From the NCBI GenBank assembly GCA_963718585.1, contig OY970357.1, positions 930,001-962,000 of the forward strand: DNA of 32,000 nt, in the 5' to 3' direction. Made by a program: the position numbers and the translations under genes. The notes below the pieces were generated by a model. That model did no database searches. It saw only the letters and a program-made list of their open reading frames with translations, and was not told the DNA's origin. Source of the stretch: Candidatus Saccharimonadota bacterium. GTDB taxonomy: Bacteria; Patescibacteriota; Patescibacteriia; 2-12-FULL-60-25. Shown here piece by piece: positions 15,936 through 26,264 of this stretch. Every line of letters begins with the position of its first letter. The stretch's first letter is position 1.

Positions 15936-17195
15936 ATGCCCATGAAAAATCCGATCAAGCGGATCCTTGCCTCCCTCGGACCCGGCTTCATCACCGGTGC
16001 CTCGGATGACGATCCGTCTGGCATCGCAACGTATACGCAGGTCGGCGCGCAGTTCGGACTTGGTCAACTTTGGACCGCCGTCTTCGGCATCCCGTTCATG
16101 ATCGGGATCCAGGAGATGGTCGGCCGCATCGGCATGGTCGCGGGCGAAGGGATCGGCTCGATCCTCCGGAAACACTACGCCCGTTGGGTCCTCTGGATCT
16201 TCGTCATTCTCATCCTGATCGCCAACACCATCAATATCGGCACGGACTTGGGCGCCATGGCGGATGCGACACGTCTCCTGATCCCGCAGGCCCCGTTCGC
16301 CGTGCTCGCGATCGGATACACCATTTTCATCCTGATCCTCGAGATATTCCTCTCCTATCGTGTCTATGCGCGCGTGCTCAAATGGTTCGCCCTGAGTCTC
16401 TTCTCATACGTTTTGACCGCGCTGGTGGTCACGACCGACTGGCACACCGTGCTCTCGGCCGCGATCCTGCCGCATATCGGATTCGATCATGACTTCCTCC
16501 TTGGCCTTGTCGCCGTGGCAGGCACGACGATCTCTCCATATCTTTTCATCTGGCAGGCGGACGAGGAGGTGGAAGAAGAGGTCTCAAAAGGCCGAAAGAC
16601 CTTGAAGGCCCGCCGAGGGGCCAAACCGGAAGAGATCCATGGGATGCGCATCGACACTGCCGCTGGTATGGCCTTCTCGAATCTCGTCATGTTCTTCATC
16701 ATCGTGACCGCAGCCATGACCTTTTTCGCGCGCGGGATCACGGACATCCAAACATCGGCGGATGCGGCACGCGCACTCGTACCGATCGCCGGGCCCTATG
16801 CCGGACTGATCTTTGCGCTGGGGATCGTCGGCACCGGCCTCCTTGCGGTCCCGGTCCTTTCCGCCTCCGCGTCCTACGTCCTTTCCGAGGCATTCAAATG
16901 GTCTGAAGGATTGTATAAACGCTTTCGGGAAGCGCATGGATTCTACGGCGTGATCACGGTCGCCACCCTCATCGGCCTGCTCATCAACTTCACGGGTCTG
17001 AATCCCATCAAGGCGCTCTTTTGGACCGCGGTCGTGAATGGGGTGGTCGCCGCGCCACTCATCCTCGTCATCCTCTTCATCGGCAACAATAAGAAGATCA
17101 TGGGAAAATGGAAGAACGGATGGCTCTCCAACACCTTTGGACTCGCCAACTTCCTCCTTATTTCCATCACGGCGATCGCGACGTTCTTCCTTTAA
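15936..17195 (+). CDS. Nramp-family divalent metal (Mn/Fe) transporter
   Basis: LGPGFITGASDDDPSGIATYTQVGAQFG and about 11 TM segments. The track's start at 15672 overlaps the divergent genes and is rejected. In-frame ATGs at 15921, 15936 and 15942 cannot be distinguished. Confidence 0.88.
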   Translation: MPMKNPIKRILASLGPGFITGASDDDPSGIATYTQVGAQFGLGQLWTAVFGIPFMIGIQEMVGRIGMVAGEGIGSILRKHYARWVLWIFVILILIANTINIGTDLGAMADATRLLIPQAPFAVLAIGYTIFILILEIFLSYRVYARVLKWFALSLFSYVLTALVVTTDWHTVLSAAILPHIGFDHDFLLGLVAVAGTTISPYLFIWQADEEVEEEVSKGRKTLKARRGAKPEEIHGMRIDTAAGMAFSNLVMFFIIVTAAMTFFARGITDIQTSADAARALVPIAGPYAGLIFALGIVGTGLLAVPVLSASASYVLSEAFKWSEGLYKRFREAHGFYGVITVATLIGLLINFTGLNPIKALFWTAVVNGVVAAPLILVILFIGNNKKIMGKWKNGWLSNTFGLANFLLISITAIATFFL

Positions 17196-17240
17196 GGCAG
17201 AAATGACAAAACAGAGCGGAGCGTCTAAGCTCTTTTTGGT

Positions 17241-18263
17241 ATGGAAGACGAGGCACGCCTGATCTCCCCTGATCTGCAAGCCGCAGAAGCGGGCTTTGAT
17301 GTCTCGCTTCGGCCGCGAATGCTCGCGGATTTCATTGGCCAGCCCAAGATCAAAGAGAATCTGAGTGTCTTCTTGGAGGCCGCCCGACACCGGGGCGAGC
17401 CATGTGAGCACGTACTGCTCTACGGTCCGCCGGGTCTTGGGAAGACCACGCTGGCGCACGTCGTCGCACGCGAAATGAACGCGCCGATCAAGGTGACGAG
17501 CGGCCCGGCGCTTGAGAAGGTCGGAGACCTCGCCGCGATCCTCACGAACCTGGAGGAGGGAGAAGTGCTGTTCATCGATGAGATCCACCGCATGAACCGG
17601 ACGATCGAGGAGGTCCTGTATCCGGCGATGGAGGACTATGCCCTCGACATCGTGATCGGTAAGGGTCCGACCGCGCGGACGCTACGTCTCGATCTCAAAC
17701 GGTTCACACTCGTGGGCGCGACGACCAAAGTAAGTCTGTTGTCTGCACCGTTGCGTGATCGGTTCGGTGCGGTCTTCCATCTGGATTTCTACGGTCTCGA
17801 TGAGATGAGTCAGATCGTCCGCCGCGCCGCGAGCTTGCTGAGTATCGCGCTGGAAGAGGAGCCTGCCCGACACATCGCGGGACGGGCGCGACGCACTCCA
17901 CGTATCGCCAACCGCCTCCTGCGCCGCGTTCGCGATTTCGCACAGGTCCGGGGCGATGGTATCCTTGATGCGGCGACCGTGGATCGCGCGCTGAATGCGC
18001 TTGAGATCGATCCCCGCGGATTGGACGAGACCGACCGCCGGACACTGCGCATATTGATGGAGCGGTTCAATGGCGGACCCGCCGGTCTCTCCAACATCGC
18101 CGCCGCCATGAACGAAGAGGTTGCGACGCTCGAAGAGGTGATCGAACCATTCCTCATTCAGGAAGGTCTCTTGGTCCGCAGTCCCCGCGGACGCGTGGCC
18201 ACAGACCTTGCCTACGAACACCTCGGTGTCGATGCTCCGACCCGTTCCGGCACCCTTTTTTGA
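17241..18263 (+). CDS. ruvB: Holliday junction branch-migration helicase RuvB
   Basis: [12 protein letters not shown], Walker [10 protein letters not shown], Walker B LFIDEIH and the C-terminal winged helix. The length (340 aa) is typical. Confidence 0.95.
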   Translation: MEDEARLISPDLQAAEAGFDVSLRPRMLADFIGQPKIKENLSVFLEAARHRGEPCEHVLLYGPPGLGKTTLAHVVAREMNAPIKVTSGPALEKVGDLAAILTNLEEGEVLFIDEIHRMNRTIEEVLYPAMEDYALDIVIGKGPTARTLRLDLKRFTLVGATTKVSLLSAPLRDRFGAVFHLDFYGLDEMSQIVRRAASLLSIALEEEPARHIAGRARRTPRIANRLLRRVRDFAQVRGDGILDAATVDRALNALEIDPRGLDETDRRTLRILMERFNGGPAGLSNIAAAMNEEVATLEEVIEPFLIQEGLLVRSPRGRVATDLAYEHLGVDAPTRSGTLF

Positions 18264-18274
18264 ACCCACCCTCT

Positions 18275-18535
18275 ATGATCCCCCTTCCCTACTTCCTCAT
18301 CGCCTGGATCGTGCTTGTCGGGATCTACGCGATCATGGCCTTATTGTCAACGTATCAGATGCTGCGCTTCGGTCTTGCAGGGACCGGAACCTACCTTTCC
18401 ACGATCATCTTCCTCGCCGGCGTCCTGATCGTCATCTTCGCCGCGTCCGCGTATCTCGTCAGCATCGACTGGACCCGATCTGTCGACCTTTTCGGCACCG
18501 TGAGTAATTCCGCGATCCTGACCCCATTCCCCTGA
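18275..18535 (+). CDS. Small membrane protein (86-91 aa)
   Basis: Three hydrophobic helices. I chose the ATG at 18275; a TTG at 18260 would overlap the ruvB stop. The stop lies 1 nt before the next ATG. Confidence 0.6.
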   Translation: MIPLPYFLIAWIVLVGIYAIMALLSTYQMLRFGLAGTGTYLSTIIFLAGVLIVIFAASAYLVSIDWTRSVDLFGTVSNSAILTPFP

Positions 18536-18536
18536 T

Positions 18537-19142
18537 ATGCTCGATCTCCATCACCTCCCTGGTTCCAGCTTGGAAGAACATAAGATCGCGATCCATCGCG
18601 CGCATTGGATCACCCAGCTTCCGCTCATCATCAGTACGATCCTCGTCGTCGTGATCCCGATCGCCGGATACGTCGGCTTCTCCTATTTCAATCCCGGCGT
18701 CTTTGACGCCCCCGGTCATCAGGTCCTGTTCATTCTCGGCGCGAGTCTCTTCTTCCTCTTCGGATGGCTCTTCGTATTCCAATCGTTCATCGACTACTGG
18801 CTCGACCTCTTCATCGTCACAGACAAGCGTATCCTCGACGTGGAGCAGAAGGGACTCTTCAACCGGACGGTCTCAGAACTCCGCCTATACCGGATCCAAG
18901 ACGTGACCGCCCAGGTCAAAGGCATCTTCCATACCATCTTCAACTACGGGAACATCTACGTGCAGACCGCGGCAGAGACAGAACGATTCGAATTCAATGA
19001 CATCCCGCACCCGAACCGTCTGACGAAAGCGATCCTCGAAATGTCTGAGGAAGATCGAAAGGAACATCTGGACGAGGCGGTCGAAGAATTCGGCATGCCG
19101 GATAAGGGAGGGCATCCGGGCGCGGTCAAAAAAGTGGAGTGA
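18537..19142 (+). CDS. Membrane protein with a bacterial PH domain (YdbS/YdbT-like)
   Basis: Two TM helices followed by LFIVTDKRILDVEQKGLFNRTVSELRLYRIQDV...NYGNIYVQTA...FEFNDIPHP. Confidence 0.72.
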   Translation: MLDLHHLPGSSLEEHKIAIHRAHWITQLPLIISTILVVVIPIAGYVGFSYFNPGVFDAPGHQVLFILGASLFFLFGWLFVFQSFIDYWLDLFIVTDKRILDVEQKGLFNRTVSELRLYRIQDVTAQVKGIFHTIFNYGNIYVQTAAETERFEFNDIPHPNRLTKAILEMSEEDRKEHLDEAVEEFGMPDKGGHPGAVKKVE

Positions 19143-19161
19143 CTTTCGATATCCTGATCCA

Positions 19162-19190
19162 AAAGACCGCCATCGAGGCGGTCTTTTGTT
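19162..19190 (+). terminator. Intrinsic terminator
   Basis: Stem AAAGACCGCC(19162-19171)/GGCGGTCTTT(19177-19186), followed by TGTT. Confidence 0.7.
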
Positions 19191-19262
19191 CAGCGTGAAG
19201 AGATGTACTGCGGATGAGCTTCCACACGAAGCGCGATCAGATCAGGCGTTTCACGGTTCATC

Positions 19263-21629
19263 TTACTTATACGCTCGCATGAGAACCGTGCCCGTATAGA
19301 AGTACGTCAAGATCTTATTGTAATCCCATCCATCTGCGGCCGCACCGAGTGCTCCGGTCGCTGACATGCCCACACCATGGCCCCACAGAGTCTTCCCCAC
19401 GTCCCACGGGACCTTGACCGACACGAGCCATGGGATGCCGCTACCGCCCCACACCTCGGTCCAGTCGCGGGTCCGTCCATCGGAACGCGAGTAGTACGGC
19501 GTGATGGCGAGCTTCCCGTTATAGGTGACGATCTGACCACGCGTCGCATCCACGGCCGTCACCACGTTCGGATCGCGGGCTTCCGCGCCATATCCGCGAT
19601 AGACCTGATCATAGGTCGCATCCACCGTGAAATCCTCATTCGCATGTTTGGTGCCATGCATGACGTGATACATCGCATACGTCCGTGCGGCTGTAAGCAA
19701 TGCCTTTTGATATTCCTGCGGGCTCGAGTTGGACGTCTCACCGATGCCCTTTAAATACCATTCGATCGGAAGTTCGTTGATGGTCCAGACCGCGTCCGTC
19801 GCCGGTGTATACCGAAGTTCGACCTTGCCGCGGAACTTATTATCATTCGCGCCCGGTAACCACGACACGGGCCGCGAGAAATCTGTCATCACGATCGGTG
19901 AGATCCCGTCAGCGGCCACGGCATAATAGACATCCGTGGATTGCGACGTGCACCGTGGGCCCGTCGCTTTATAGACCTTCGCCGTCCGATCGAAATGGAT
20001 TGTCACGACCTCGCCGGCACTGAACGAACAGATCGTCTTGTCGCCCTGTTTGAGATAGAACTGTCCGGAAAGCGCTGTCAGCATGGTCTGATCATCCGTG
20101 GTCTGGAACAACCCCACGCGGATGATGGGCTCATCTGGCAATGCGGTCATGTCACCGCCGAGCGGCTGGACATTGATCACGGTCCCCGGCGTATCCGTCT
20201 GCGTATTGGTCTGCGTCGTATTCGTGTTCGTGTTCGTGTTCGTATCCGGTTCGATATACCCATCCGCTGTCACCGTGATCGGGATCATGATGGTCCCATC
20301 CTGAACGGGTTGTTCATCCGCCATCAACGTAAAGCTCGCGACATACTGCCCCTTCTTCGGCGGTACCTTGATCGTAAAGGTGACGAATCCGATCTGTCCC
20401 GGCAATGTCGGGGCGTTGATGCGCACCGGTTCCGTGCTGGACAGCCAAGAATCATCGCGGACCGACGTCGGCGTCGCCACCCCATCCGTCGCGATCCCGG
20501 TCGTTGCCGGCCGCAAGGACAACGTGGTCCATTTGGACGTCCCTACATTCTTGAATCCGTATGTCAGCTGCTGTCGGCCGTTTCCGGAGAGGGCGACATT
20601 TTTTGAAGAACTCAACAGGAGAAGTGCCTGATACGTGTCGCTTCCCGCTGGCACCGTCGGAGTCGCCATCGTATCGGTCAACGTGTCACCGGTGCCGTTC
20701 GACGTATTCGACGAGACATCGACGCCGGACGTCACGACGTGGATCGGAAAGGTCACCGTGCTGTTCGCGATACGCGTGAGGTGATCAGGAGAGAGCCCCG
20801 CCGCGAGTTCAAACGATGCGTTATGATCTCCGACAGTCGTCGGTGCGCGCAAATTGATGAGGAAGTGGGCGATACCACCCGGGCGGACCGTCCCTTCCTG
20901 CATCGGCGCGGCTTGCACGCTATTTTCCCAGGAATTGTCTTCAAATGCACTCTTTGTCCCGGCGGGCGTGGTCATCCAAACCGGATTTCCACCTTCGCTT
21001 GTCCACGTCTGCGTCCCCCGATTCTTGAACGCGACCATTGCCGTTAAAAGTCCGCCTGGATGCGTCTGCCATTCGATCCCGCCCTTGTCCGTCAACTCCG
21101 CTTTCCACGCATCAGACGCCGACGATGGTGCGACATTGGAAGAAGCACTCGTGACCGTAGAAACGGACGAAGCCGTCGCAGATCCGTTCACCGTAAAGGT
21201 CGCATTGAGGACCGAGCCCTTCATCCAAAGATCCGGACCGTACGAAAGGAGAAAGCGCTCGTGATACGTCCCGGGCGTAGATGGGGCGGTCACGGAAAAG
21301 ACCGCTGCACCGATCTGACCGGGTTTCACGATCGCTGGCGACACCACAGATGGCATATCAGACTTCAACCACGTCCCATTATGGAAAATGGATGAAGCAC
21401 CATAGAGATAAAAAGCCGTATGTGCCGTATCACCGATCCAGGTCGCCGTCCCATCATTCGTGAACTTGACGGTCAGGGTCTTGGTCTGACCTGGGTCAAA
21501 GGTCATGGCAATATCATGGACCGACGCGTGATATGTGCCGGTCGATGCCAATGCCATCTGCGGAAGCGCCGCGCCAAGTGGCGTGATGATCATCAGTTCG
21601 ATCAATAGCGCGACCAATCCCCGCTTCAT
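19263..21629 (-). CDS. Secreted SpoIID/LytB-domain protein with N-terminal repeated Ig/NBR1-like modules
   Basis: C-terminal motifs YLKGIGE...ALLTAARTYAMYH...YDQVYRGY...ITPYYSRSDGRT...HGVGMSATGA. I chose the start at MKRGLVALLIELMIITPLGAALPQMALA (ATG 21629). The track's start at 21761 adds 44 non-signal-like residues. Confidence 0.85.
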   Translation of the reverse strand: MKRGLVALLIELMIITPLGAALPQMALASTGTYHASVHDIAMTFDPGQTKTLTVKFTNDGTATWIGDTAHTAFYLYGASSIFHNGTWLKSDMPSVVSPAIVKPGQIGAAVFSVTAPSTPGTYHERFLLSYGPDLWMKGSVLNATFTVNGSATASSVSTVTSASSNVAPSSASDAWKAELTDKGGIEWQTHPGGLLTAMVAFKNRGTQTWTSEGGNPVWMTTPAGTKSAFEDNSWENSVQAAPMQEGTVRPGGIAHFLINLRAPTTVGDHNASFELAAGLSPDHLTRIANSTVTFPIHVVTSGVDVSSNTSNGTGDTLTDTMATPTVPAGSDTYQALLLLSSSKNVALSGNGRQQLTYGFKNVGTSKWTTLSLRPATTGIATDGVATPTSVRDDSWLSSTEPVRINAPTLPGQIGFVTFTIKVPPKKGQYVASFTLMADEQPVQDGTIMIPITVTADGYIEPDTNTNTNTNTTQTNTQTDTPGTVINVQPLGGDMTALPDEPIIRVGLFQTTDDQTMLTALSGQFYLKQGDKTICSFSAGEVVTIHFDRTAKVYKATGPRCTSQSTDVYYAVAADGISPIVMTDFSRPVSWLPGANDNKFRGKVELRYTPATDAVWTINELPIEWYLKGIGETSNSSPQEYQKALLTAARTYAMYHVMHGTKHANEDFTVDATYDQVYRGYGAEARDPNVVTAVDATRGQIVTYNGKLAITPYYSRSDGRTRDWTEVWGGSGIPWLVSVKVPWDVGKTLWGHGVGMSATGALGAAADGWDYNKILTYFYTGTVLMRAYK
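20215..20244 (-). repeat. In-frame hexanucleotide tandem repeat (5 units, KTCGTR on the plus strand) encoding (TN)n
   Basis: GTCGTA TTCGTG TTCGTG TTCGTG TTCGTA, which encodes DTNTNTNTNTT in a linker of the SpoIID-domain protein. Confidence 0.8.
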
Positions 21630-21968
21630 ACGGTCGGATGCAAAAAGGGGTCCGACCGACCATTCGCGAAGAATGATCCGTGACCGGACCCCGTTCTGCT
21701 CCTTCTTCGATTTTCCCACACGGAGACCCTGAGGCGTCCGTGTAGGACCGAAGCGATACATAATATGGAAGGTATTGTTTTTGTTTGTACCGACGAACTC
21801 AACTTTTATAACGTTATGATAGCAGTTTTTGGCTCAATTGTCAATAAAAATTGAGTACGTTTCAGGTTCAAACCCCTGAAAAACCCCTTTCTTGAGCGCA
21901 GAATACGTGCCATACTCATCATACTTGAAAATCGAGTATAAATCGTACTCGTTCTCCTTTCTCCCTCC

Positions 21969-23423
21969 ATGTCAACGACCCGTGCCATCGCCTGGAACAC
22001 CGGGGTCCAATTCATCGGCAAAGCGATCTCGACCGCCATCGGCATCGTGGTCGTCGGCCTCATGACCCGTCTGCTCGGACAGGAGGGTTTCGGCTACTAC
22101 TCGACCGCGAATGCCTACTTCCAGGTCTTCGCGATCCTCTTGGACCTCGGCCTGAATGTCACCCTCGTCCAAATGCTTGGAGAGCGCCATGGCGATACCG
22201 CGTACGAAAACCGTGCGGCGAGCGCGACATTCACGTTCCGCCTGCTCACGGCGATCGTGCTCCTGACCATCGCGCCGTTCCTCGCACTGTCCCTCAACTA
22301 CCCGACCGAACTCAAATGGGCGATCTTCGCGATCTGGGGATCGTTCTTTTTCACGGTCCTGAACCAGATCGTGATCGGGATCCAGCAGCGGCACTTGAAA
22401 ATGCATATCGTCGCGATCAGCGAGGTCGCCGGTCGCATCGTCCTGTTAGGTGGTGTCATCGCCGCATGGATCTTCAACTGGGGACTCATCCCGATCGTCC
22501 TCATCGTCTCCCTCGGTGGATTCGTGAACTTTGCGGTCAATGCACTCGTCGCACGCCGATACGCCTCCCTCACATGGAACTGGGATCCGGCGTTCTGGAA
22601 AGAACTTCTTCATCGCTCCTGGCCGATCGGCGTATCCATCTTCTTCAACCTCATTTACTACAAGGCAGATACGCTGATCCTGTCTTGGGCGCGGCCATTC
22701 ACCGAAGTCGGTGTGTATGGTGCGGCATATCGCGTGCTCGATATCCTCGTCACCCTGCCGTTCATGTACGCCGGGATCGTACTCCCGCTCCTTTCGCACG
22801 CCTGGGCCAAGCGCGATCTTCCGAGATTCCAGTCTCTGCTCGACCAGTCCTACGCCGTCATGGCGATCCTTGCCGCTCCCATGATCACGGGCGCCTGGGT
22901 CCTAGGCGACCGGATCATGCGTACCGTCGCAGGTAACGATTTCGCGGCCTCTGGCGGCATCCTGAAGATCCTCATGCTCGCGATGGGGCTCATCTTCGTC
23001 GGGACCATGGCCTCACATGCCGTCGTGGCCCTGCAGATCCAACGTCGCATGCTCAAGGTCTATGTCATCGTCGCGCTCGTGACCCTCATCGGATATATCG
23101 CGTTCATCCCAACCTACGGCATGTGGGCCGCGGCATGGCTCACGGTCGCATCTGAAGGAGCGATCGCGGTCGCCTCGACGGTGTACACGCTCGTCGTGTC
23201 CCGCGTCCGTATCCGTTTTTCCGCACCGCTCAAAGCCGTCGTGTCCGCGCTTCTCATGATGCTCGCGATATTGCCCATCAAGGATGCTTGGCTCCCCATC
23301 CCGATCCTCGCAGGCGTCATCGTCTACGGCATCCTCATCATTGCGAGCGGCGCGATCTCCCCCGCAGTCCTGAAAGAGATCCTCTCATTCAAACGCGGGA
23401 TGCCGACGGCAGACGCCAACTGA
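21969..23423 (+). CDS. Polysaccharide/lipid-linked oligosaccharide flippase (MOP/Wzx-like)
   Basis: 484 aa with about 14 TM segments. The N-terminus WNTGVQFIGKAISTAIGIVVVGLMTRLLGQEGFGYY is typical of Wzx/MOP flippases. Confidence 0.82.
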   Translation: MSTTRAIAWNTGVQFIGKAISTAIGIVVVGLMTRLLGQEGFGYYSTANAYFQVFAILLDLGLNVTLVQMLGERHGDTAYENRAASATFTFRLLTAIVLLTIAPFLALSLNYPTELKWAIFAIWGSFFFTVLNQIVIGIQQRHLKMHIVAISEVAGRIVLLGGVIAAWIFNWGLIPIVLIVSLGGFVNFAVNALVARRYASLTWNWDPAFWKELLHRSWPIGVSIFFNLIYYKADTLILSWARPFTEVGVYGAAYRVLDILVTLPFMYAGIVLPLLSHAWAKRDLPRFQSLLDQSYAVMAILAAPMITGAWVLGDRIMRTVAGNDFAASGGILKILMLAMGLIFVGTMASHAVVALQIQRRMLKVYVIVALVTLIGYIAFIPTYGMWAAAWLTVASEGAIAVASTVYTLVVSRVRIRFSAPLKAVVSALLMMLAILPIKDAWLPIPILAGVIVYGILIIASGAISPAVLKEILSFKRGMPTADAN

Positions 23424-23424
23424 C

Positions 23425-24666
23425 ATGCTCACACTCCTCCTTGCGCTGACAGGTGCGGCCGCGATCTTCGCCTGGCGTTTTCCGAGACTTCTGATCCTCT
23501 GGCTCCCCGTCATCCTTCCGGCATATGTGCTGCGGGCGCATCTCGGACCGCTCCCGACGACCGCGCTTGAATTGATCTTCCTCGGTGTCGCATTCGGTGC
23601 GACGGTCAGCGATCCACGGATCTGGCAACGCGGGTGGGACCGATCCAAAGCTTGGCGCGGACCTCTTGCGCTTTGGATCCTTGCCACGCTCGTCGCCGTC
23701 GTGATCGCACCCGACCATGTCGGAGGCCTCGGCCTCTGGCGCGCGTACGTCCTGGAACCGATCGCCTATCTCCTTCTTCTCGCGGGCGTCCTTGATGCGG
23801 AAAAAGACCGTGTGACCGTGATCCGCGCATTGATCGCCTCTGCCGTCCTTGTCGCCCTATGGGCGATCGTACAGTTCGCGACCGGACGATGGATCCCACA
23901 CCCGTGGGATACGGATCTCCTCACGCGCCGCGCCACCGGTCCCTTCCCCTTCCCGAACGCCCTGTCATTGTATTGCGCGCCGATCGCCGCACTTTGTGTC
24001 GGGCTCCTCCAGACGAAACGCGGAACCGCCTTGCGCGCCTGGGCTGCGGTCGGATTCACATTCGCAACGCTCGCGACCCTGCTCGCAAAAAGCGCCGGTG
24101 GAACGATCGCGATCTTGATCGCGACGGCGATCGCCCTCCTCGTGAATCCACGGACGCGCAAGATCGCGATCGGTCTGGGGATCGCCATGATCGCGGCACT
24201 GTTCATCCCGCAGCTCCACGATCTCCTCTTGCGACTCGTCGCGACCAAAGACTGGTCCGGACAGGTCCGTCTCACGATCTGGAAAGAGACATGGAACATG
24301 CTCAAAGACCATCCGATCTTCGGTGCGGGATTCGGCGCCTATCCGGATGCCATCGCCGCATACCACGCGGCGACCTATCTTGAGATCTTTCAGTATCCGC
24401 ACGACATCCTGCTTAATCTATGGAGCGAGACCGGCCTCCTCGGCATCGTCGCGTTCGCTTGGATCTGTGTCACGTGGATCCAACGCAGTCTCGAAGGTCA
24501 TAAAAAGGGTGACCTCCATGCCCTTGCCTTCATTCTCCCGCTCGTCGTCATCCTCTTACACGGACTGGTGGATGTCCCGTATTTCAAGAATGATCTCGCA
24601 TTCGCATTTTGGATCTTCGCCGCCATCGCGACGATCGGCAGATCGAACAAAAAGACCTCCTCGTAG
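23425..24666 (+). CDS. O-antigen ligase / Wzy-like membrane protein
   Basis: Polytopic membrane protein with IFGAGFGAYPD and a Wzy_C-like central loop. It starts 1 nt after the flippase stop. Confidence 0.78.
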   Translation: MLTLLLALTGAAAIFAWRFPRLLILWLPVILPAYVLRAHLGPLPTTALELIFLGVAFGATVSDPRIWQRGWDRSKAWRGPLALWILATLVAVVIAPDHVGGLGLWRAYVLEPIAYLLLLAGVLDAEKDRVTVIRALIASAVLVALWAIVQFATGRWIPHPWDTDLLTRRATGPFPFPNALSLYCAPIAALCVGLLQTKRGTALRAWAAVGFTFATLATLLAKSAGGTIAILIATAIALLVNPRTRKIAIGLGIAMIAALFIPQLHDLLLRLVATKDWSGQVRLTIWKETWNMLKDHPIFGAGFGAYPDAIAAYHAATYLEIFQYPHDILLNLWSETGLLGIVAFAWICVTWIQRSLEGHKKGDLHALAFILPLVVILLHGLVDVPYFKNDLAFAFWIFAAIATIGRSNKKTSS

Positions 24667-24673
24667 GAGCGTC

Positions 24674-25144
24674 CTATACCGACCCACTGCGAACGACCTG
24701 ATCCGTGCCCAGCTCACTGTACGGAACGCTTGAGGCAATGGCCTCAAGGCCGATCCGCACGTGCGGCATGGTCTTTTCCGGAAGACGACTCAACGGGAAC
24801 CATTCAAGACGGACGCACTTTTCGGGCTCCATATTCTGCGGTTCGCCGTCCCATGTTGATGCTTCAAAGAAATAGTCCGCCCGATCACCGGTCGGATCAC
24901 ACGCCGTGCGATACATCGTGTGCACCAATCGGACGTTCGACCGATCCAATTCGAGGCCGACCTCTTCCCTGGTCTCCCGGAGCGCCCCATCGACGGGCAT
25001 CTCACCGGGTTCAACATGACCCGAGGGGATCACATACCAGTCATCGAAATACCCGGTGTTCTGCCGCAGCATGAGCAGGATCTCGTCTCCCCGACGGAGG
25101 AGGACGTAGGACGCGGGGACCGCGGAATGTCGCATGTGTTGCAT
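24674..25144 (-). CDS. Nudix hydrolase
   Basis: Canonical Nudix box GHVEPGEMPVDGALRETREEVGL. Confidence 0.9.
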   Translation of the reverse strand: MQHMRHSAVPASYVLLRRGDEILLMLRQNTGYFDDWYVIPSGHVEPGEMPVDGALRETREEVGLELDRSNVRLVHTMYRTACDPTGDRADYFFEASTWDGEPQNMEPEKCVRLEWFPLSRLPEKTMPHVRIGLEAIASSVPYSELGTDQVVRSGSV

Positions 25145-25189
25145 ATCGCAAAAACCGTACCAGAATTGCCCTGTGTGAAAAATAGCTCC

Positions 25190-26098
25190 TCAATACACGG
25201 GTTGGATGATGAGCGTCCCCCGGATCGCATTGAACGCATCAAGCACCGCCTGACGGTCGAATGCCTGTACCGCACCGGGCGGATAATTCTCGATCACATT
25301 GGAGTGGATGAAATACCGGATCGCGATGCATGGGCGCGTACCGGGAATGGCGTAGACCTCTTCTTCATATCGATTCCCCACCCCAGCATCAGTCGATGAT
25401 GCGACGGAAACCTCGATCCCGTCGATGGTCGAAGTGACCGGCCCGCGCAGGCCCTGCCCAAGGTAAAGATCCGCGGAACAATCCGGGGCGTCCGGAAGCT
25501 CTTCAACGCTGAGTCGCGTATCCGGAGCGAGATTCGTCCCACTCGCCATGGATGCGGGGATCGTGAACGAAACGCCCTCGATCGCCTTTCCTGGCCCGAG
25601 CGCTTGATATTGATACGCCGGATCAACGGTGAATCCGTCCGGGTATCGGATCGAGAATCCTCGCGTCCCACTCGCGTACATCTGTTTGAGTCCACCGGGA
25701 TCCGGAGCGATCGCGATACAGTTACGATAGGTCTGCTCCCCGTTCTCCGTGACGAATGCGCCGTCCCCCTTGCTCCAAAAGACGAGCGACGCATCTGCGT
25801 TCGCATATCGGATACCGGACGCAGAGATGGTCTGCGGGAGCGAGACAGAACGACCATCGCTCAACAAAAGATCGACATGGCCACCGGGGACGGGTGGTAC
25901 ACCGGACGTTCCAGGCGTCGACGGTCCGGAAAAATACGAAGCGATGATCGCTTTGCTTTCTTCACACAGATATCGCGCCGACGCGACCGGTGTCGGCTGC
26001 ATCGAGACCGGTGCGGGCGCATGAAGGGAAGACGACACGATATAGACGCCGACGATGATCACGAGGATCGCGGCGATCGCAAGGAGGATCTTTTGCAT
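25190..26098 (-). CDS. Membrane-anchored protein with an MliC-like (lysozyme-inhibitor fold) domain and an unknown C-terminal domain
   Basis: N-terminal TM anchor. MliC-like pattern YLCEE...LLLSDGRSVSLPQTISASGIRYAN...VFWSKGDGAFV...YRNC. SD AAGGTGG lies upstream of the ATG. Confidence 0.7.
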   Translation of the reverse strand: MQKILLAIAAILVIIVGVYIVSSSLHAPAPVSMQPTPVASARYLCEESKAIIASYFSGPSTPGTSGVPPVPGGHVDLLLSDGRSVSLPQTISASGIRYANADASLVFWSKGDGAFVTENGEQTYRNCIAIAPDPGGLKQMYASGTRGFSIRYPDGFTVDPAYQYQALGPGKAIEGVSFTIPASMASGTNLAPDTRLSVEELPDAPDCSADLYLGQGLRGPVTSTIDGIEVSVASSTDAGVGNRYEEEVYAIPGTRPCIAIRYFIHSNVIENYPPGAVQAFDRQAVLDAFNAIRGTLIIQPVY

Positions 26099-26140
26099 AT
26101 CCCGACCACCTTAGCATAGCCTCGCGACAGAGGCAGCAAT

Positions 26141-26170
26141 AAAAAAAACGACCGGTTTGACCGATCGTTT
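26141..26170 (-). terminator. Intrinsic terminator after tRNA-Ser
   Basis: Stem AACGACCGG(26147-26155)/CCGATCGTT(26161-26169) with one mismatch. An A8 run on the plus strand gives the U-tract on the minus strand. Confidence 0.65.
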
Positions 26171-26174
26171 TTCA

Positions 26175-26264
<90 letters not shown>

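Noticed and set aside
16584-17588. 334-aa minus-strand ORF
   Set aside because: Antisense to the Nramp 3' end and the ruvB 5' end, both confidently identified. The composition is shadow-like.
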